A stretch of DNA of 64,000 nt from Eledone cirrhosa (Eukaryota): assembly GCA_964016885.1 (NCBI GenBank), contig OZ024747.1, positions 36,394,001 to 36,458,000 on the forward strand, given 5' to 3'. Shown here in pieces: positions 55,906 to 64,000 of this stretch (positions within the stretch are counted from its first letter, which is position 1; every line of letters begins with the position of its first letter). A model generated the notes under the pieces. It did not search any database. It was not told the DNA's origin and worked only from the letters and a program-made list of their open reading frames with translations. The position numbers were made by a program, and so were the translations under genes.

Positions 55906-56241
55906 ATATATACAAATGTGTATAATGATGTATGGTTATATTTAGTGTAGCACTTATAAAATTATGATTGTTTATCTCTGTGTTTATATGGTTCATTAAA
56001 TCTTCGTAATCACAGGATAGCGACACAGCTTGATATATTTGTGTACATCGGTTAAATTCTCTATTCATATAAACAAATATATCGTTATATCATTTAACTG
56101 ATAATAAAAGAATTTAAGTTATCAAAGAGGTATATAATTCGAAACAGAAGACATATTGATGTTATCAAGTGTTTTACTTGTTGGAGCATATCATATATAC
56201 ATATAGTATTAAACGAGATGGAATATTTGTAAAACACCAAC

Positions 56242-56467
56242 CTATAAACATATAAAAACATATAGACAGATTCTAAGTTGTTTTCTACTTGAGGTATCAA
56301 GCTTTGGATCTGTGTCATTATATCTACTCGAGGACTACATGCAGAATATGATGCTGTTGATTGATACATATTTTCGTTTTCCAATCGAAAAAATAATACC
56401 CAATTCGAATTTAGGGCATCTTCTATGATAGCAGGAGACAGCTTTAATATGAACATTTCCTCAGTTG
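56242..56467 (-). other. Candidate host coding exon
   Basis: Acceptor TACTTTTCTCACAG, an open 226-nt frame (TEEMFILK...NWVLFFRLENEN...VYMFLYVY) and donor AG/GTTGGT, in non-repetitive DNA. Confidence 0.3.
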
Positions 56468-56621
56468 CTGTGAGAAAAGTATATATTTTTATATACATTG
56501 CCACGCACTGCAAGGAGCTAATATCAAATAATCAAAACTATATTTTAATTGTAACTATGATGTGTCATATATAATTCAATATATATTATATTATGTATGT
56601 TTTTATATTAGATAAATAAGA

Positions 56622-56822
56622 GTGGTGGATTGGCAGTATAGTTAAAGCGTTGGAAAACATTCTTTGCGGCATAGGGGTACGACCCGTTACATCTGAGTTT
56701 AAATCCTTTCTTTTTAACAGAGTCGATAAAAATAAAGTACTAGTAAAGTACTGGAAGATGGATTTAATCGACCTTCCCCTCCTTCAAAATTGTTAGCCAT
56801 ATGCATAAATCTGAAGCCATTA
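56622..56822 (+). mobile_element. Old, deleted copy of the SINE superfamily
   Basis: GTGGTGGATTGGCAGTA...GAGTTTAAATCC...GTCGATAAAAATAAAGTAC. Confidence 0.65.
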
Positions 56823-57704
56823 TTTAGTACAATATATTCTCTCATCTATTGGGAAAATATAGCTTTCCTAACCAATTTCCATCGTATGCGCTGGTCTGGC
56901 ATACTAAAATGGAGGCGAGAGTCAATAGTTCAGAAGATACATCGTACTTATTTTCTGTAATTGCGTTACAGAATAATGCGTGTTGTCACCTTAGTTATCT
57001 ATTTCACCCGACTCATTTCACAAATATAACTATGAACAGCCATTAAAATAGTGAAAGACTGAAACGACAACCCTAAATATTAGCAAATTTATCAACATAT
57101 ATCACTAGAGAAAATTAATCAATTAAATTGCATAATGCGCATTTCTAAATGCATAATGGCAATACGTATTACAAATTCTACCACAAAAACAAGGAACCGA
57201 TCTATAATTGGCTGAGGTATGATGTGACACGTACATATGCAGCACACGGCAATGTTTATCTGAAATGATTAAGCGACTCCATTAAAATGACTGCCGAGAA
57301 ACCAGCTTCCTTAACGTAACATGTATTTACTTAATATCAGATCTATTAATCACGAATAGATACAGATTATAAGCAATTTTACCATTTTCGGATAGAACGG
57401 ATTGTACAAGTTGAATACATGCGAATCTTGCTAAAATTAAATTTAATAGAAAATCATTTACTGTTGTTGTTTATGCATTGCTTGGAACATCAATGTTAGT
57501 TGAACAAGCACAGAGATCATCCTATCCAGAGCAAAAATCTTAATGATACAATTATAACTATTATTATGTTCAATTGGGAATTAAGATGGTCTTGTTAATA
57601 GTGAAAAATAGCCTAAATATTAACTGCTTTCATTTATTGCTCAAGCAGTCAATATACGACCCGTACATACGTACATACATACGCACACATGTATGCCTGT
57701 ATTC

Positions 57705-58361
57705 ATATCAAAGGCATGTATTGAGTTAGAAACTCAAAATAGTCGCATTACAGTAAATTACCTCGAGGAAAGAGGTTTTTCCGCGCCGTATAGCATGACT
57801 GAACAAAAAAGAAAAACGAACACAGACATGTACATATATGTGTTCAAATCGTAATGGACCAGATTCGCTAAGGTGAAAAGAATACTAACTGCAGACAATA
57901 GGGTTTGCTAGACTCAATTTAAGAATAAATCAAGAAAGATAAATACAAACCAGAATTGTGGTAACTACCGATCACCCGGACAGATTTGATAATACTGTTT
58001 CGCAATATTATTTGTGAAGAGGAATATCAAAATCCTAGCTCATCAGCGGGTAAAAAATTATTAGTATCCTGGTCACTATAATAAAAAAAATTGGATAGTG
58101 TGCGTATATGTAACGCACATGGTTCCAGAACTTAGCGTACCTCGCAGACTCACGGCACTAAAAGTAGCAGCCGGGTTTACTCTACATTTGAATTAGCTCG
58201 ACGAATTAACGGAGCCGAATATATCAAAGGCATGTATTGAGTTAGAAACTCAAAATAGTCTCATTACATTAAATTAGCTCTAGGAAAGAGGTTTTTTTGA
58301 GCCGTATGGTATAACTGAACGAAAAAGAAAAACGAACACAGATATATACATATATGTGTTC
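57705..58361 (-). mobile_element. Partial-tandem ORF-less element (516-nt unit) with an HHR
   Basis: 57705-57845 repeats with some divergence at 58221-58361; an HHR lies between the repeats. Confidence 0.8.
57974..58051 (-). ncRNA. Type I hammerhead ribozyme
   Basis: On -: ACCCG-CTGATGA-GC...GC-GAA-ACAG-(11 nt)-CTGT-C-CGGGT; canonical core with GUC triplet. Confidence 0.82.
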
Positions 58362-59897
58362 TGTGTGTATCCACCTAATGTATTTATGAGTAACAAACGG
58401 AAAAGAGCGATCTAACTAGTGCATGAGAGCTAATTTATGCTTTAATCACGTAATATGTAATGTGTCGCCATAGTTTTAAATGCATAGGCGTGGCCGTAAC
58501 ATTACTGTGTTAAACGTATGAACTAGCAGACAAAAGCATATGTTGAATTCACCAGAGGCAGAGTGAATGATGTTTTGTTCTGAAATTGCGACTGGAAATA
58601 GTTCATAAGCCGAAAAATATATCGATTTATGTTTTAAAAGAGGTGAATCTGCTTTAATAATGTGGATATTCTCATAACGTCGAATTCAGTACTCCGTTGT
58701 TTACAAACCATAGGTGAGTTTAATTTCCCTATTAGTTATCATATTATCATTCTTCAACCGTACCATGTAGATTACGCGTGAGCAATAAGAATTACATGCA
58801 CGTATGATGTAATTAACCTATTTTCGAATTGTCTATTTCTTACATTTCTGTGTAATAGTGTTAGTAAATTGAGATTTAATCAACGGAGAATGCTTATATT
58901 CTTCATTACTTTTCCTGGGTACTTTATACTTAATTGATCAAACATTGCGGCTTTTGGTATAGTTTTATATATTAATCACATTCCTATGTATCCATAATTT
59001 ACAAATCGAATAACACCATTTTTTTTAAATTGAATTTTCTTATTGATGACACGTTCGTTTTTGTTCATTCATTCTTATCTTCAATCGATAACGTATATTT
59101 TAGAGCTCCAAACCCGAAACTGACATTAAAACTAAAATTTCAAAACGTAGCAAACTCTTAAATTTATTCATGACCATTATCATTTTACAGTGTAAATCTT
59201 TTTTTTTCGTCTTCTTATGGCATTACCCCTCCTATATTAATCCTAAAATTTTATCTAGTCGTGTTTAACATGATAAATACCATTAGCTTATAATTCTCGT
59301 AGCTTCCGTCAGAGAGACATATTCAAGTTAATAAACACAAAATTATTCTAAATCATTGCGTTGGCTTAAACTTAAATCTCTAGAATAGGAATCTGTTGCA
59401 ACAGATTTTATAATCTAGATAGTTTTCGATTATTCAAAATTTAAAGACGCTTGCAGAATGTATAAGAAAAAGAAATAAACATTTAAAGTTTGTTTTGAGA
59501 GAAAAACAAATATCACTCTTTAACGATATACACATGCTTTTGAAGAAAATCAAGTTCCTGGCGAAAAGTTTATTGCGAGGCAACGTTATAATGGATCATT
59601 TAAAACATTTTATATATTTTCTATTTTTAAAACAAGGCGATAAAATTCCCCAAAACAATTGTGGCGATATATGTGCCAAAATAGCACACAAGGAACTTAA
59701 TTTATTTACCATTACTGACATAGCACGAGTTCCTTTATTTTTGTGGGTTTTTTTATAGTTACCTCCCTTTACATTATCTAAAATGTTTGTTTATATATAG
59801 TTAAAATTGAAATAATCTGTCCTTGAAGAGCTCTCGTGTTTTTTTCTAAAATCATCCCATCAAACGGCGGAGGTAGCTTTTTTATATTACAGCTGAC

Positions 59898-60475
<578 letters not shown>

Positions 60476-60559
60476 TGTGTGTGAAGGCGCATATATATAT
60501 AGCGCAACAAATGGGTATTAGTACTGCGTTATAAGGTTTAATTATAGGGTTTAATTGAA

Positions 60560-62670
60560 ATACAAACCTAGCACAAAACATAGAAGCCTTGAACTGCTGT
60601 AGATTAAAAAACGCCCGCAACTCCAGGAGAGACGGCAACCGTGAGATGACGCACCACGCAAATACCTCTTCCACTGTTGGTTACATCTTGGACCGTGAAA
60701 GACCGGGGAATCATACAACGCGTTCCGGTGATACAGGCGGCAACACCCCTCCGGGTTGTAATACTAGAAACCCCGGTAGCCTCCCCCTGGAGGGTATGTG
60801 CCTCGGCAGTGGCTTGGTATATGAATGTAGGGTGAATTCCAACGACCATGCCTTCACCTATATCGGAGTCATGGCTAATAAGTTTAAGGAACGCTGGTAC
60901 AATCACTGCCACAACTTTAGGAGGGCTGATAAGAAACACAGCACCGCCCTCTCAGAAATAGTGTGGCGTCTCAAACAAGATAACGTAGAATTCACCTTGT
61001 CGTGGCGCAAGGTAGCATCGGCCCAACCCTACACAGAGGGTGAACAAGACACTTTCGATTTGTGTGTCACCGAGATAATGGAAATAATCGAGAGGAGAGC
61101 TCAAGTTATCAATAAAAGGTGTAACCTCTTCAGTACCTGCCTCCACAGATCTTCTGGAACCTTCCTCAAACAGTACAGACTAGCAACGTAGTGGTGCTAG
61201 TTGAAGACTTTTACAAACTTGTCCGTGGAAGCCCGGTATGGCCACGTGGCAACCTCAGCGTAAGGCGAACCTTGGATATCTTGTTTGCATACCTGGAGTC
61301 TCTATGTGTACTTTTTTCTTGTCCTTTGTTCCCTATTTCTCTGTTTATATACCTACTGTTGTTTTTTATGTATTTTGTCCCGTTCCTTTATTATTGTGTT
61401 CTCTATATATGTTCTCGTTTCTTCTATTTATTACTGTTCCTACTTTCGCTTCCCGCAACTCTCTTCTATGGCCTAACAGCCCTTTAGATAGTATTGTTGC
61501 CACTGTGGTTGAGACTGAATGCTATCATCTTTGCTGGCCTTGTGGCTTACATTGATAGAGGAGTATTGTATTAACTGGGATTGTTTTTATATATATAAAT
61601 ACCATCTATGTTTCTATCCCATTTTCACTTACTTGTTTCAACGGACTACTATTGTGGGTAGTTTAATTTTCATGGAAGCGTGTCTTATTTCCTGCTGCCG
61701 CCGTTGTTGTTGTTGTTGTTGTTATTGTTGTTGTTATTGGTGTTGTTGTTGTTATTGGTGTTACCAATGGCTTAATACTGAGATTGATGATACCACGACT
61801 ACTGCGACGAACGGGGTAGGTGATGGGCGGTGTTGGTGCTTGTTGCCGTTGCCATTGTTGTTGTTACTGTTTATGGTCATGGTGATTGATACCACCAACT
61901 CTGTGTACCCATCTACCTCTGAACTCCTTTTATTGCTTTGGCGTTATCGCTGTTTACGGTCAACAGGGTGGTACTGTCACTGCGACGACTACGACCTGTA
62001 TCCACGACGCCGGTCTGTGTTTTTGCTGTTGTCGTTTGTTGCTGTTGTCGTTGTAAGTGTTTTTACTGTAGCTGTTGTTTTAGTTGTTGTTGTCAATAGG
62101 GTGGTGGCATCAGCACGACTATTGCGACCAGTGCGGATAATTTTGGTCGGCGGTTTGATGTTATTGTCATTGTTGTTGTTGTAGTCGTCGTTGTTGTTAT
62201 TGTTGTTGTTTTTGTATATAGGTAGTCGTCAACTAAATGTATACCCGACCCCGCTCAGAGCTCCTTGTTTGGCTTCAACTGTCTACTGGGTTTTGGCTAC
62301 ACACAGTTCTTTGTGCTTTTCGTGATGTTTCGTTGATAGCTTTTTCTAACAAAGGCGACGGCTGGCAAACCCTTCAATGAACTCATGTATGCTGGAGCAT
62401 AGGCATTAGGACGTGTGTTTCCTGCCAGCGGCATATCAAATATATCGATTTTCATCTGAGGAAACCGTTCTCATAATCAACAGCAAATGCATGAAGGACA
62501 TCTCGATTGCATGGAGAACCGTGGAAATAATTATTATGATGAAACGATATATGTAACCTCAGCATCTTATTTTATTAGTTATATAAAATTCTCCATCGTA
62601 ACTAAAAACAACGATTGTTGAGAGCTTTCTCCTGCTAACTCCTCTTTTTACCAAAACAATCTTTTCCGAA
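60560..62670 (+). mobile_element. Naiad-type PLE 3' part (GIY-YIG frame open to 61191, long 3' region with HHR)
   Basis: GCNTRNPGSLPLEGMCL...LVYECRV...YIG...KFKERWYNHCHNF...STALSEIVWRLK...DLCVTE...INKR...TCLH. Confidence 0.85.
62452..62539 (+). ncRNA. Type I hammerhead ribozyme in the Naiad 3' region
   Basis: TCAT-CTGAGGA-A-AC-c-GTTCTC...GAGAAC-c-GT-G-GAA-ATAATTAT-T-ATGA. Confidence 0.7.
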
Positions 62671-62720
62671 CATATAAATATATATAGATATATATATGTG
62701 TGGATATAGATCTAACTATG

Positions 62721-62804
<84 letters not shown>

Positions 62805-63414
62805 TATATAGATGAGTTGTGTGTGTGTGTGTAGGTATAGGAGCACATGTATGTGTTACAGTGTTTGTGCACACATTTAGGAATATATACATAATTCTAC
62901 GTAGTATAATGTGTCATTAGCCGGATGGCTAACCGTAATATAATAGATTTAAAGTTTAAATATTCTTAAGCATTGATGCGACATAAATCTCGATTCTTCT
63001 TGAGATATCGAATACACGCATATTCGATAACGACATGAAAATTTGATCCATATCTCAATTCCCATAACTCACAACGTGTTGTAATAAATGTTATCATTGG
63101 ATCTCTCTTGGAAACATATTTCAAATATATACATTTGCAGGGAATTTAAACTTAGTGAGGAAAACGCTTGCCAGTGAGAAATATACACCCTTGATTCTAA
63201 GTAAAGGCACAGCAACAGAGGTAATAAAAATGAGATGCAAGCATTCATGACGAATAGAATAGCCAAAATGTTATTTAAGATTCATTAAAATCGTTTATGA
63301 TATGTGGCATGGCTATTAATTTCTAATGATGTGATACATTAGCGGGAACATTTGCATGCATGTATATGATTACATGGACACATGTTACACACAGACAGCC
63401 GCTCATGCATACAC

Positions 63415-63418
<4 letters not shown>

Positions 63419-63455
<37 letters not shown>

Positions 63456-63457
63456 AA

Positions 63458-63493
<36 letters not shown>

Positions 63494-63518
63494 CACACGC
63501 ACACAAATATATACATAT

Positions 63519-63577
<59 letters not shown>

Positions 63578-63630
63578 ACACACACATACACACACACATA
63601 CACACACACACATACATATATATATACATA
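63419..63630. repeat. Compound (TA)n/(CA)n microsatellite
   Basis: Direct reading. Confidence 0.97.
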
Positions 63631-64000
63631 TAAACTGGGTGAGGAAGATAGGTTTATGGAGCCCCTGTGTTGTTTATACAGGTGCTTTATTATATAGCTT
63701 TTAAATTTATAATATATATTAAACATCGATGCTAATATGTAAATAAATAGATGGATAAAAATATAAATATTTTATGGATCAGATTATCATGCATTTCATC
63801 ATCGTTAATTCTCAATGAAATTTAATAAAGTTTCCTTAAATTGAATATTCGTAAACGCTAACAAAATTTTTAAATATTTCTCATACATAAATTCTTTCCA
63901 TTTTAATGCTTTATTAATTTCTGCCATATAAACATGTTACACCTATTTTAAACAAACATTAACGCAACTTAGCTTGCCTTTTTTAATGTCATGTTATTTT

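Noticed and set aside
61519-62184. 221-aa Cys/Leu/Val-rich ORF
   Set aside because: Derived from (GTT)n-rich low-complexity sequence in the Naiad 3' region.

Overview
AT-rich, microsatellite-saturated animal DNA. The tRNA-derived SINE resembles one I recall from octopod cephalopods (an inference). There is no confidently identifiable host gene, and most ORFs in the track are (TA)n/(TG)n artefacts. The window is dominated by decayed transposons: a near-complete Neptune-type Penelope-like element (PLE; 25925-31270), three Naiad-type PLE fragments, a rearranged Helitron (36028-40458), three RTE LINE 3' ends, two CRE-like LINE fragments and about eight SINE copies. The main hidden signal is non-coding. 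By eye I find about 14 sequence-distinct families (about 35 intact or decayed copies) of minimal type I hammerhead ribozyme (HHR) motifs, most with palindromic helix III. They sit mostly in ORF-less repeats arranged as partial tandems (591, 553 and 516 nt units) or fold-back inverted repeats, usually bordered by (TA)n. This looks like a diverse community of PLE-dependent, retrozyme-like elements with recurrent non-canonical cores. The Neptune-type PLE also appears to have two ORFs joined by an in-phase U_UUU_UUA -1 frameshift site. All structures were read by eye; no folding, alignment or database search was run.
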